A DNA stretch of 63,299 bases, the filler included, from Catajapyx aquilonaris (lineage: Eukaryota): assembly GCA_000934665.2 (NCBI GenBank). It is 4 parts of 4 records of this genome, joined end to end, with 100 filler letters (N's around TTAATTAATTAA, not from the genome) between each part and the next. Parts side by side here need not be neighbours in the genome. Positions count along the whole stretch, not along the records: positions 47,541 to 63,299 come from KZ539683.1; 3 more parts are not named here. One strand, 5' to 3'. Every line of letters starts with the position of its first letter. Position 1 is the stretch's first letter. Below, in pieces: positions 48,150 to 60,900 of the stretch. A program made the position numbers and the translations under genes. Under the pieces are notes generated by a model. It was not told the origin of the DNA, did not search any database, and was given only the letters and a program-made list of their open reading frames with translations.

Positions 48150-51100
48150 TTCTTTGGTATCGACAGAAAAAAAGTAGGGGGTGTCCCAAGGCGACAGTGC
48201 CAATTTTCCAATAAAATTGATCCAAAACACGATCTTCCGCGTTGCCATATTGCCCTGCATTGGTATTCCTCTGGAGCGGAGGGATTTTCTTTGATGCCTC
48301 CATTTCGGCCCAGAAGTGATGTGCAGAGTCTGCCTCTGGGTAATGGTGACTTCCTTCTCTCTTGGAGCCTTGCTCTGTCTCCGTTTTTGCGACGAAATAT
48401 ATTTTTTGCGACGACGAAATGTTTGATAAAGTGGCCGTCTTAAATTTGGAGGGAGGGCACGGTCTGTCGTCGGAAACCTTGTAACTGAGGTGCGGGCTCG
48501 CAATGAATAAACAAAGAGATTGAGGGAGAGAAGGTTCCGCACGTTTTCCGTCCCAATGTAGAGAGAGGAGGGGGTCAATTGGCACTTACGACTGTCTTTT
48601 TTTTTTTCTTCAGGATTCTGGGGGAGTTATTCTGTTCGAGCAGTATGCAGGGGGACGCAAGGTGGTCAAAAGGAATTATGTTGGTCGTAGAAATGGTCGT
48701 AAAGAGAAGCATCGGAGGGGTTGGGGGGTGCTTGGACGGAATGTGGTGTCGGAATCCAAATGTGTGAATTTGCTCCGAATATAACGAACAGTATTGTTTT
48801 TCCTCATGCCTGCACTCAAATGTTTACAACAAACTCTTCAGTAGAAAATTGCTTGTCTGGTCTGAATAGCGAAAAAGTCGTGTCTGCTTTTTTTAAGAGT
48901 TCCAGTAAAAATTCTCACTCGCAAAAGAATGACATTGTTAAGAAAGAATATCCTCCCATAAAGCACCGGTTGTACTGAATAATGCCCACCGTACTGAACA
49001 TTTTTATGCAAATGAATGGCTGCAAAGAAATTGACACCATCAAAGACCAGGGTGAAATTCCAGTAAATAATTAATGAATGCATTTTATGTGCATACAATA
49101 CGCGAATGACACTATTCACTCATTCAGCCCAGTGTGTTAATTGTGCCTTTACATGTAACTTAAAACTATTATAAATTTTTGATCCAGAACAATGCCTTGT
49201 AACTTCAACAATATTCTGCGGATACCCACATTGTACTATCATTTTTGAAGCCTAACGAATAGTCCCATAAAAAAGATTTTGTCCACCACAGTATATCAAG
49301 ACATGGGAACCCTCATTGACCAGCCAACTATTGGTGACAGAGAACCTCCATTTTAGTCGCAGTCATTGAGAACCGCAGCCATGAATAATATTCGCGACCA
49401 CCATTCCGGACAAATTATAGTTTCAACAAAGCTTTTTTTCCGGCGGAAAAAATTCAACTTGCAATTCTTCCAAGTCCCTTTATATAGTCAGACCCGTTTC
49501 ACTTTTCCTGCCTAACCAATGTCATCAATAATTCCAAGAGAATAGTCGGGCCGGCTGGTTGAAGTTACCGAACGTGTTCCTTCATAATTCGGAACCATCC
49601 CCATATCCACCCCTGGTTCCATGTACCCTCCCTTCCATGTGGTTACACAGAATCCGGTGCAGAAAGAGAAAGAGGAAATGAAAGGGTTGGAAAGGGGGGT
49701 TGGGATGATGGAACACACGAGAGCCACCCCCCCCCCCTTCCATACTCCCGAACACACTAGGTAGTCGCACTGACCGCTGATCAATATTCCAGCAATAACA
49801 GTGCAGAGAGGAACCTCTCTCTCTTTTTTTGCTCTACTATACTACTCACTACCGAAACACCAGGATAAATCGGCCTTAATGTCGCTGCTATCAATAACGG
49901 TGATTTTTGACTAGCAGTGCTCGCTTCTGGGTCAAAAATAGCAACGACCATTTCATGCCATAAAAAAATTTAACAACTTTTTTGACACCATAATGTACCT
50001 CGTCTTCACTTCATTTTTTTTCATCTTCAGTTCACAAAAAGCAGTCAAAACACTACCGGCCTGCACTTTCCCTCTCAAAGAAATAACACTCGGAATGGTG
50101 CGAAAGAAGCCTGCAACACTTCAGACTTCCGGGCGTGTAAAAACACACGAGATATACGACCCCCCCCCACCCCCACCCTTTTGCTCTCTCCGCAGGTTAT
50201 TAACAGATCGTTACATAAACACTCCTGTAGCATTTTCTGTGCCACATAACGCTTTTAAGAGGCTTTCCACGTAGGAAATAACGATCCAGGAGGATACTAC
50301 TACTACCCTACAGTGAATCCGCTTTAGAATAAAAACCTGGGACACAAATCATGCGGTTTAAGGGTGCTGCTTCATTCTGGCCAGCCATGAGCGACTCTCC
50401 ATGTTTCACCTTTGCCGCTGCCAGGTAATGTCTCACCTTGTCGGATGGGATTAATCTTTAAACCAGAGGACCTGCCTCCGCTAGGGACTCGTTTGGTTTC
50501 ATGACTCACATGGGGTCTAGCACATGGTGAAGTAAGGGCAAGTTATGGAAAATCTCCGATAGTGCGCATAATCGGTGACAGAATTATGTACAGTACGTGC
50601 AGTGTCCGCTGTGAGTCACCAGTAGTATTCAGAGACAGTGTTGCCAAGTCCAACTGACCCACCCAGCTTCCGTTGACCTCCCGGCATTATCATAGGCTAT
50701 AAAACCCCAGAGCAGTTTCATCCGCACACCACTTTCTACCCAACATCTCTCGAGAGTATATAGGCGCGCAAGCGAATCCTATCGAAACAGCTCTTGAGGA
50801 AAAGGGGGGAAAAAGAAAAAGGGGGTCCCGCGGATTCGATGGTGGACGGCAGAAACATAAAGGTCGTCAATGGTTCGGGACTGATCGCCGTTCCCCGTCA
50901 CATTGCGAATGATATAAGGATGTGGTGGTTGGGGGGAGGAGAGGTAGAATTCCAAACGACATGGCCCATATCATCCCAAGGCGGCAGCCCCCCTACTACT
51001 CCAAGAATGATTACCGACAGACATTGCTCATTTGCGGTACTGGAATTCCTGCGGGACGACCAAAAGTTGGGTATATAGGAGGAACTGGCTTATAGGAAAA

Positions 51101-54100
51101 GTGGAGGGCTTAAATCACTCTGGATCCAGTTTTATCAAGATAGCTTCCAAACCCACAGATTAAAGCAAACTTTCAATAATTAAGAGGATCTTTAGCCTGA
51201 ACCCTCCCCCCCCCCTCTAAAATGGTAATCAATATCATTGAGATTCGTGTTTTGCTAATAAAATGCACCCGGGGCCCCCCTTGCAAAAAAAAAATATATT
51301 GGCTCAAAGCCATCTTGCTATTTTGTGACGCAAAATCAATGCGTCCTGTACGAGGCTGATCATTACCATTCTGACGTTAACACGTCGGTGCCAAACCACT
51401 TGGACGCGATCGGTTTTGACATCAACAAAGTACAGGGGTTGACAAATGATGCTTTAAAAAAAGTGGAGGGGGAGACAGTCGCTGGAGGGTTGTAATGGCC
51501 ACAGACGTTTATGCAAATGTCTGCTACATTATATGACAAAAAAAAACGGAAATGAATCTTTCCCCCTCTCGTCTCTTAAGACTGTTTTCTTCCAACTAAG
51601 ATTAAATGTGGGTGAATAAAGTCGTTCCTATGCGAGGAAGCACATTCTCTCATTAACCACTGGTCTACCCCCACGACGCATCAATGGGGCCTGAAAGGAC
51701 TATATCCCCAGCCATATATCCCCAGCCCCTTCGTCTCTAAACGAAATGAAAGTAGAGAAAATATTCCGAGGGGTGTGGACAGAATACTGAAAAAAAGAGC
51801 CCCCCCGGAGGAGGTCCAAAATTCAAAAAATTCCACCCCCGCACTCGGTAATTGAAAAGGAGGGGGGGGGGGGCTTTATTTGCCAGCAGAATATTGCTGC
51901 CGGGCCTTTCCAATAAAGAAACTTCGCCCCCCAAATTTTGTTACAGTTATCACAATATTGTTTTCTGAGATAATGTTGCAGGTACATACTCTGGGAGAAA
52001 AAAATATTGTTGCGTGCTTGATTACATTGTTAAGCAGCCGCCTGCATTGTAACAAGGTGAATAGTTGGGGAGAAAAGTTGCTTCTAATATCCGGGGGGGT
52101 TCTGACTGGCAGGCTTTTGTACCTGGCCTGAATTGTAGTTGGCAAATTTTGTAATGAGATTCAAAATTGAAGTGCTAATATTAAGGACAGCGGCCCAGAA
52201 AAGGGTCTGCTTGGCTTTAATATTCATGACGAGGCACCGGGCCGCCTACTTTCATAAAAATGCATGGATATGGTTTACCTTGCACCTAGCTACCTTTTAC
52301 AGCGTGAAAATCAACTTGATAGGATAATTGTCACGTTTGAAATCGCTGCTTGATTTGCATAAAATAATTCCGCGCGGTCATTTCACCCCTGCTGGAGAAG
52401 TCTTTTCATGTTTCCGCCCCCCATTCCCACCCAAAATATCAGTACAAATGTGTGTGAAACATGACCAGTCAGTAACAGCCGAAACTTGCGCAATGTTTCC
52501 CCCCATTCAGACCAAAAGTTCCATCAATGAGCATTAATTATTCCCTCCAGTCCTTCAAAGAAAGAACCGATAGAATCGCCAATATGTCCTCCATTCGATC
52601 CCCCTGGTTTTTGAATGACATTTCATTACTATCCTTCTATAGTCTGGCGCCACGTTCCTATCCCTAATGCATGTGGACTTGAGCCTTCCGCCGGATAGGA
52701 CGACAGGTGAGAAAGGTCGTGCAAAAATCCTGTTTCAGGCTTGGGACAACATGTACGGACTTTTAGTGCAGGTGGCGCCTTCGCCCCAATGTAATATAAA
52801 AAAATGAAACCGGTTAGATTAGAAGGCGATCGCCATAAGGGAGCTTACATAAAAAAAATTTCTTCATCCAAAAAAAAGAGTAAAAAGCAGCAGCGAGGAT
52901 GATGATGATGGCCTAATCGTCCCTCGCATTCCGCAGCAGTGTTAATTAATTCAAGAGCAATTCCAAAGCGACGAGAGGTCCTTTTGTCTCCTACGCCAAG
53001 AGCGTGTGGAAATTGACGCCTCCACGATTTGTCCTCAATATTTTTTTTGCGCGCCTGTAATCCCGATAAGGCGACGACAAAAGCCAGCGTAGAGACGACA
53101 TTATTGTTTCAAAACCCCGGGTCTTCTTTTGTTGAATTAAATTCAGGGAAAAGGTCCAGCTAAGTGGAGCAAGCAATGATATGTCCAAACTCTCAAACTT
53201 TGTGATAGAAGCAGCCCGCCTCGGTGTGTCGCAAATTGCAAAAATTCTCGCCATTTTCCACCAAACTGAATGGTCCGATCATTGAAGCGCATTTTCCAGC
53301 TGGAAAAATCGGAATAGCGATGTGGGCATAAAAAAATAATTTCTACTTAATTGCATTCATTATCTACCGGGTACTTTCAGACAGGTCATTAGAGCGCGAC
53401 TGAACGATATCGAAACATTATTTTTTTTTCTTCTTCTTTGCTTCCTCATTCTCTGGGTTTCTCCCCCTCCTTCTTCTTGATATAGCGAAAACGACTCTCT
53501 TTCGAGGTGGGCGATTTTCGACCTCATCTAACAAGGGGAATGCGCTTGTTAACTCTGCACAGGAGACGAAGGGAGGGTACAGGGGGATGGAAAAAGTCGC
53601 GAAGAATTGATTAGCTCCTGGTGGATGCTCCAATTTTTCCCTCGGATTTTACCCTCCAATCTGCCGTTTTTCTTGACTGGGGGGAAAGAAACCTTGGCCT
53701 GCATTTCTTGAACTNGAAGAAACCTTGGCCTGCATTTCTTGAACTCTTGGCAAGAATACAACCGAACGAAAAAAAACCCCGGTAATGATTCCAAGTGTAG
53801 GTGAGACTCCAGAAAAACACAAATTTTTACAAAACACAGCGACATGTTACACGGAAAACTTTGTCAATTTATGGTGACAATGTGCATCAGGATTGCTAGG
53901 GGTGGCAACGATTCTATTCAATTTTGTGCTAAAGGAGGAAAAAGAGGAATCTGTAGGGGGGGAAAGTTCACTCTCGACTGCTCTTAGCACGGAAATGAGA
54001 AAGATTCGTAAATTACAAACCCTATTTGGGAATCTAACAGTCGGAATGGGGGAAGGAAAGAAGAGATTTTTTTTTCAACCCTCAAAAACCCTCAGTATGT

Positions 54101-54617
54101 TCCAAAATGAACCTCGTTTTTTTCTCTCTCCCTTCTAGGGTAGAGAGAGCCTGAAAAGTCCAAATCTCCTGCTGCGTCCCCAGAAATTTTCTAGGGGTTG
54201 GGTTAGAAAATGCGTGACGAAAGGACTTTCGGTGCGGAAGTGGAATAACTGCCTGTCATCTATCACCAGGCCTCGGCGTATCATACAGAGCAGACAGAGC
54301 ACGAGCCTGCAGGATAAAAATTCCTTCCATTTCTTGAAGGATAGCAGTCATAAAGTGGGGGGGGCCTCCCCGACAAAACAAATACACATCCCTCTTATTC
54401 GACCCCCTGCAGCTTCACATTCCTCAACTTATTTAATGCACTGGTCCATGCAATTCAAATGTGATTCCCAGTGCTTAAAGGTGGGTTCACACTGGTGTCG
54501 TTCTTTGTAAATGGTTGTTGAAAAGTAAGTGTTAAATGCTGCAGCTATACTATTTGTAGCAGTCGCAGCAGGCAATTGAATGTTATTATCTTTTATGATT
54601 TTATATTTTTGTTATTA

Positions 54618-54955
54618 CAGTTCAATCCGGATAACAGCCTCGGCGGTAACAGACTTTCGGTTATAACATACTCGAAAGGCCAGTCCCTGATATAACAAGA
54701 CTCATTTTCACCTCACCTCTGGTATAACAGACCGTTTCTTGGCCCCTTAAGGGAAATACGCTTTTTCTGGTAATAAATTGGCAAAAAGAAGACCGCAGAA
54801 GAATATTTCGTATTTTTTTGTTCTGCATAATTTTCGGGTGAGCTAATATTGAATTTTTGGTGGATTTCAATAATCAGTGGACAGGATAAGTGACAGTTTG
54901 GCTATAACAGACCCTTTCCGCGGTCCCCTGAAGTATGTTATATCCGGATTCGCCT
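54618..54955 (-). mobile_element. pogo/Tigger-like MITE family D, diverged inverted copy
   Basis: TA|CAGTTCAATCCGGATAACAGCCTCGG...; the internal agactcattttcacctcacctc is the reverse complement of sequence in the other D copies. Confidence 0.8.
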
Positions 54956-57900
54956 ATTTCATTTTGATTCTAAACTTTTGTTATTATTTCATTATTTTAT
55001 TCGGATTTTGCAGTTTTTATGTTACAGTTTTATTCGGATGTTATTGTGTCTTCTTTGATTTCAGATTTTTGCATTTTTTATTACTTTTTTATTTTTATTT
55101 TTTGTAGAGTCAAGGTTGGACGTTACAGCAACAGAATAAAAGTATACGGACCAGCCCAACAAGCCAACGCGGTACGAACCGTCGAAAATTCAAATCTTGA
55201 AGCAGACCCCGCAATCGCCTCCAATAAATTCCTGCTCCGATAAGAAAGCGCCCTGGGTTTTTTTTTTTTGTTTGGGTGCAGATAGGCCACGTGGCCATTA
55301 GCCGGCTTTGCGTGAGCCCCTACCCCGCAGATAAAAATTAATGTATTGGCCATTTTTGTCATTTGAATCCGGGCACGGGTCGATATGGAAAGGAGGTGGT
55401 ATTCCCGGGGCATTGTCGCGGATTCCTGGCTGGTAATACCCTTTTGATGGCGCCGGAGAAGTATAGGACCGGGCGTCGCTGGCTGCTTCTGAGTACATGG
55501 AAAGGACAAGGAGTTTCCGCCTTGCTACTTCCCTTGTGCCGGCCCCTTAGTTCTCCGCAAGACGTCCTTTTGCTTGCAACTTACAGCCGCAGCTCCATAT
55601 ACGTCAGTATGGCACAATGAGCTCTACTCTAATTCAAAACGCGCCAGAACTTTGCTATTATCAGGCCCCTTACAAAGGAACTTTGCTTGTCGGGCTCCCA
55701 TTACTAATTAATCTGATACTACTAGCTTCATTATGACGGAACTTCACTGATAAGCTTATAACAGTATGTATCTTTCACGGGCTGCGTTATTCAAACACTC
55801 GCTTCTTTGTTGGATTTTAATGAAAAGTACATGGCCATGAAATATTCAGGCTCGGGCTCCCAAATTGCTACGCGTAAGCTATCTGGCAGGAAACCCGCGG
55901 GTGTGTTTAATGAATTGAGGGGTGGGAATAGAGACAGAAAGAGAAAAATCCGATCCAATCCTGCCACCCATCCTATTATTATTTTTTAAAATGTTCATAA
56001 ACACAAATATCGCAGTCAACAAGTAACTTCTGCTTTCGGGGACGTCACATGACAGCCTGTACGTGTAACATGTCAAAAACGATTTATATGATTCCCATAT
56101 GCATTAGTTTGTAAATGCGATTATTATAATAATTATTGTAATCCGATTTGCATAATAACTCAACTAATATGGTGTAGTTTATAGGCGTGTTGCACAAATA
56201 GGCGTGTAGTGTTACGCGGGAATTTATATCGCCCGTTTGACGCATTTTTTTCTCAGCACGGTTTGGCATGGGACTGCGATACGATATTTAGCACCCCAGC
56301 AATTACACGCATTCACACTGGATTTACAGTCCTTCAACAGTTGACTACTCGCCCATGCTGCATTCTCCCGTGTTCTGGATTGGACCTTTCCGGATCCGTG
56401 AGTGTTACACAACAGCTGACCGTCACATATCGTTTGGACCTCCCGCACTATTCCTGTCCCCTGCATTTGTCAGAAGCCATCCAGCTCGGTCTGCAACCCA
56501 CCAGAAGAGGGTCAGGGAGCAATCGCGTTTGACATGTGCCCTGCTTAGTGCCATCCCCTGTGAAGCCCGAAGAGCGTGAACCTCACGCATCACTACCCAG
56601 AAGTAGCAGCACCCAACGAACAAGATAGCCCCCCATCCTCTCCATCCTTTCAACATTTTTTTTTTCCTTCTTCTTCCTTCAACCTTCTTCTTTAGCCACT
56701 TTTCCCCAGACGCAATCCATCTTCCTTTTTCCACCCCACCCTCAACCCCCTCGACTCCTCGACTTATACCCTGCAGCTCTCTTCATGGATATATTATATC
56801 AACCCTAGGTTGTCCCCCCCTTTTTTTTCCACCCTACTCCTCCGGGCCTCCCATCACAAATCGATGATTATCGATAAAAAGCGGGAGCGAAAGCACTTCG
56901 CCGAGAATATTTCTTCGATCACGCTGGAAAGACTGGAAGAATCAACCTCCCCATATTTTTTTTGTACAAAAACTCCCCAGCCTCCGATGATGTGCAAACA
57001 CCAAGTGTGGACAGGGGAACCCCCTAACGTTATAAAATTCATGATGGAACATCACATAAGCGCTACGATTTAGGCAGATGCTTTTTTCCCCCCTCTCTTC
57101 CATCGAATGATCTATAACTAGAACTGCTTAGTATATTTCAGAAAAAAAGCTGATGCCACCTGATCCCGATCAATACCCTATTTTCTTCCGTACGCATAAA
57201 GCAAGATTTATGGGCTAATGTTTTTTTTAAATAAAAAATAAAGAGGACGAGTCGTCATTAGCGATCTTTTCATCCCCATGTAAAACATGTCTCCTCCCGG
57301 AGAACAGAGACATTTTTGTCTGGGTTTTAGTGGAGAGCCCCCCCGGAATATTGCGTCGGAACGGCCTGTTTTAATATTTATCATCCATAATTTCTTCCAA
57401 TAAATCATACATGAAAAGGCCTCACTTCATACACACGAATAGAGAACTGCGCCAACTTTGAGCATTAAAATTTTTTTCCATCCTCTTCCGTCCCTAGAAA
57501 GCTGATTCATTACTAGCACAGCAACAGTAGTGCTTCTTTTTACTCTCCCCAACGATCCTCTTCACATTTGTAGGTTTTCCTCTGCAGAAATTAAGTCGTC
57601 CAGCTATTATCCCTCCCCACTCCCCCCATTTTTTTTTGGCAGTAAACACTGCAAAGGTTTCATTTCCTAGAAAGCCCATGTTCAGTTTTGTTAATTGGCT
57701 CCGATTTCATTAGGCTTCTCAGCCTAGATAAGCCACCAAGACGCATTATTGGGCACGTAAGCAGCAAGCAGTGAATACCCCCCCTCCTTCAACGGCCTGA
57801 GAATCGATACGGGATATGAAAGATATCTGTTTGCACTGGAACCTCTGCCAAATTGCACAAGCACTTACTGCAGCTTCGGATGAAAGATAAATGATGTACC

Positions 57901-60900
57901 GTTGACTCCAGGAGAGCGCGAGCACTATCGAAGGAGATTCTATGATGATCTGGCGAAGGAAGAAACTTTTCTCTCTCTCTCTCTTTCCCTTACCAATCAA
58001 TCTCCATCGCAAAAGGCACTCGGTGCAAGGGTTTGGCGGAGTGCACTATCTTGTTCTGCTGTCCGGGCCTACAACCCGTCCCAAAGCAAAAACATTTCCA
58101 TTTCGACTTTACCCCCAGCATGTTTGCAGACCGCGAGACGATAACAAATCGTCGCCCGGGCTCATTCGATTCCACCCCCGAACAAGACATGCCCTGTTGC
58201 ACTCCCAGCAGTGATTTAGCTTTCCGAATATCCGCCATGAAACAAGACCTCCCCTCGGTTCACTCGATATCTCATCTAAAGCGCACTTTTTTTTCTGACC
58301 CCCACTATTGGCTATCGACACACCGATTTGTCACACTTTTTACAGTCACCGGTACTCATTTAACAATGCTATTGTGACTGCATTAATGAAGCAAACTGCT
58401 CCGATTACCGCCATGTCAAGTCTCCTCCAAAAACCTGGAGAGATTCGAATTTCCCTGCGACCAAACAACCACTCGGAAAAGTTTCTTCTCTCCCCCTCAA
58501 AAAAACTCTTTGCGCCATTAGGTCGGATTTCTTCTTATCGCTTAACGAGCTTCATTTGCAATTAGTGCTCGGAATCCCACCGAATTTCGCCACCTAATTA
58601 CTCTCAACAGCCGACACTATTTACACAAGTCCTTTTCCTCCCCCCCCCCTTCCTGATGCCAACAGACTTTCTCTGATGTCAGTTGCCATTTCTTCTTCTT
58701 CTTCTTCCCTCAGGCTTTCCCCCCCTTTTGCTCTTCACCTTTTAAGTCGAGAGGCATCTCCCTACTTTGCAAATGCCTCCTCCAGGAAATCTTAACGCCT
58801 TTCAAAATCTCCGCCTTTCGACCTTTGCTTGCAGATCAAGCACTTCCCAAACCCTCCCTCTTTTCTGCGGTCCCCAAGCAAAGAAGGTTCCCTCAAAAAA
58901 GAAATCCCACGATCGCACACAAAAAAAAGAGTTGGGTGAGCTTCTTACGCGTCATTAATTTTACAAACGGGCCCAGCTTGCAAAGAGCGACAACGACACC
59001 CTGCCATTCAGAGCGGTCCACGAAGCATCTTCCCAGTTTCTAACCTAATTAGGCAGGTATCTGTAATCAGATTTAAAATGTTTTAACTATACTCCACTAA
59101 CTCCTCGAGGGGCTTAGGTGCAACGTAGGGTGAAACCGCTCATTTAGCAGTTTCTAACTAGAGCAGAAGTTCTGTTGAAAGTGATTGCCCAGTTATTTTC
59201 AACTGCTAAATTTTTTTTTGCTGAGTATCCCATCAGCATTCCGGTTGGACCACCCTGTACTTCGACATTGATCTTGCGAGTGTTGTGCTCTCTGAAGTGA
59301 TAAAGTGGCATGTCAGACAGGCCTATTGCCGGCTAAAATATGGGCTATGGCGTTTGGATTAATAGGCTCGACGCAGGGAGCCCCAGGTGAGGCCCTGCTG
59401 CGACCCCAGCGATGTTGCAATGTCCCGAGGGAATCAGAAGAAGGTCCAGCAGATGTGTATGAGCCAGGGACATCCTTCAGGTGCTTGACTAACTCCAGGC
59501 ACTTGGACAGCAGCATGTACGGTCCCAGAGCCGCAAGAGAGCGCTTGAAGAGAACAAAGGGAAGGGTTTCTCCTAGGGGAGAAGACACTGTGTGTTTGAG
59601 TACGGTACCAATTACGCCCCTCTCCCAGGTAAGTGTGCGCAAATCCAATGCCGCCACACGACCTTTAGCCGCTGCCTACAAAGGGCCTCTCTACTATTTA
59701 GCGTGTCAATATTATCCAGAGATGACAACTATGAAACGGGGAAACTGTACACAGTAGGAAGCAAGTCCCGAGGGGAAAATTGTAATTGCGCTAACAGCAA
59801 CAGTGTTACACTGTATATACGTTTGTTTTTTTAACGATATCATGAGACGCAGGGATCATCTCCTGCAGGAAAAGGCTGATGGCATCCTGTTTATTCCCCC
59901 GAATTTCCGCAACAACAACCCTGCTGGCACGATTTATTAATCACATCACGGCTCAGCATGCTCTTCCGCCACATTACCACCCGAGATACTGCAAACTCTA
60001 TTCTTCGCCCCCGCTTTCTACCATCCCCATAATCATCTCTAATAGTTCTCAACTACCCATAATTATATCACTCGGCGTCCATTGCTCCTAATTGCAATTA
60101 GACAGGTGCCCCCCCCCCTCCTCCTTACACACTCTCCACCTCAATGCACTTCCATGTCCACCCAGTGCAACGACATCTATTAAGCAAACAGCATTTGCCC
60201 ATGACAGAGGCGCAGGAAACTTCAGCCATCCGTTGTCTCCATTGCACGCTGGGATTTTGGATCAACAGCTCGGGATCCCTCCGACAATGACTTCTCCAAG
60301 ACCAGAGACCTTCCCCCACGCCTTTCTTGGTCTCCTCCTTCGCTCCTTGATGAGATGGACTCCATTCGAAATCCCAACCCTCCCCGACCGAAATGTCTCT
60401 TAGACCGAGTGAATCATTAATGCCAAGATGGTCGGAAGATGCTTGGCTCTAGTATAGGCGAGGAAGATTTTCAAGAGTGGGCTGGTACAGTGTGAGTCAG
60501 AAACTGCAGGCGTCAAATGTAAGAGGGGTGACCGACCGGGTATGGCATAGTTCTGACTCACCCTGTACGACAAGGTACGGTATAAAAAGAAAAATGTAGT
60601 CGGGGAGGGCAGCGCAATGTCAGTTTTAGAGCACGTCATTTTGAGAATCCAGAATGGGCGAGCAACCGTCAGGAAGACGACCTTTGTTATTCCCCAAGGT
60701 TTGGGAAGAGTGAAGAGGGAGGGTATAGGGGAGGAGAAAGTTTCATAAAGACGTTTTCGCTTTAATAAAAATTACTGTCAAGCTCAACGAGGGGGAAAAA
60801 GGAGCGAAAGAACCCCCATTGCCACCGGCCCTATCTGGATGACGTCGCAGAAGCAGCGAGAACCTGCAGTATACTGCTCTCGTTGTCTGATCATATCTTT

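Noticed and set aside
48019..48585. 188-aa and 155-aa minus-strand ORFs
   Set aside because: Non-ATG starts, overlapping frames, no recognisable domain, and they run through hairpin repeats.
53686..53745. ~29-bp tandem duplication
   Set aside because: The copies are separated by a single N, typical of an unmerged contig overlap.
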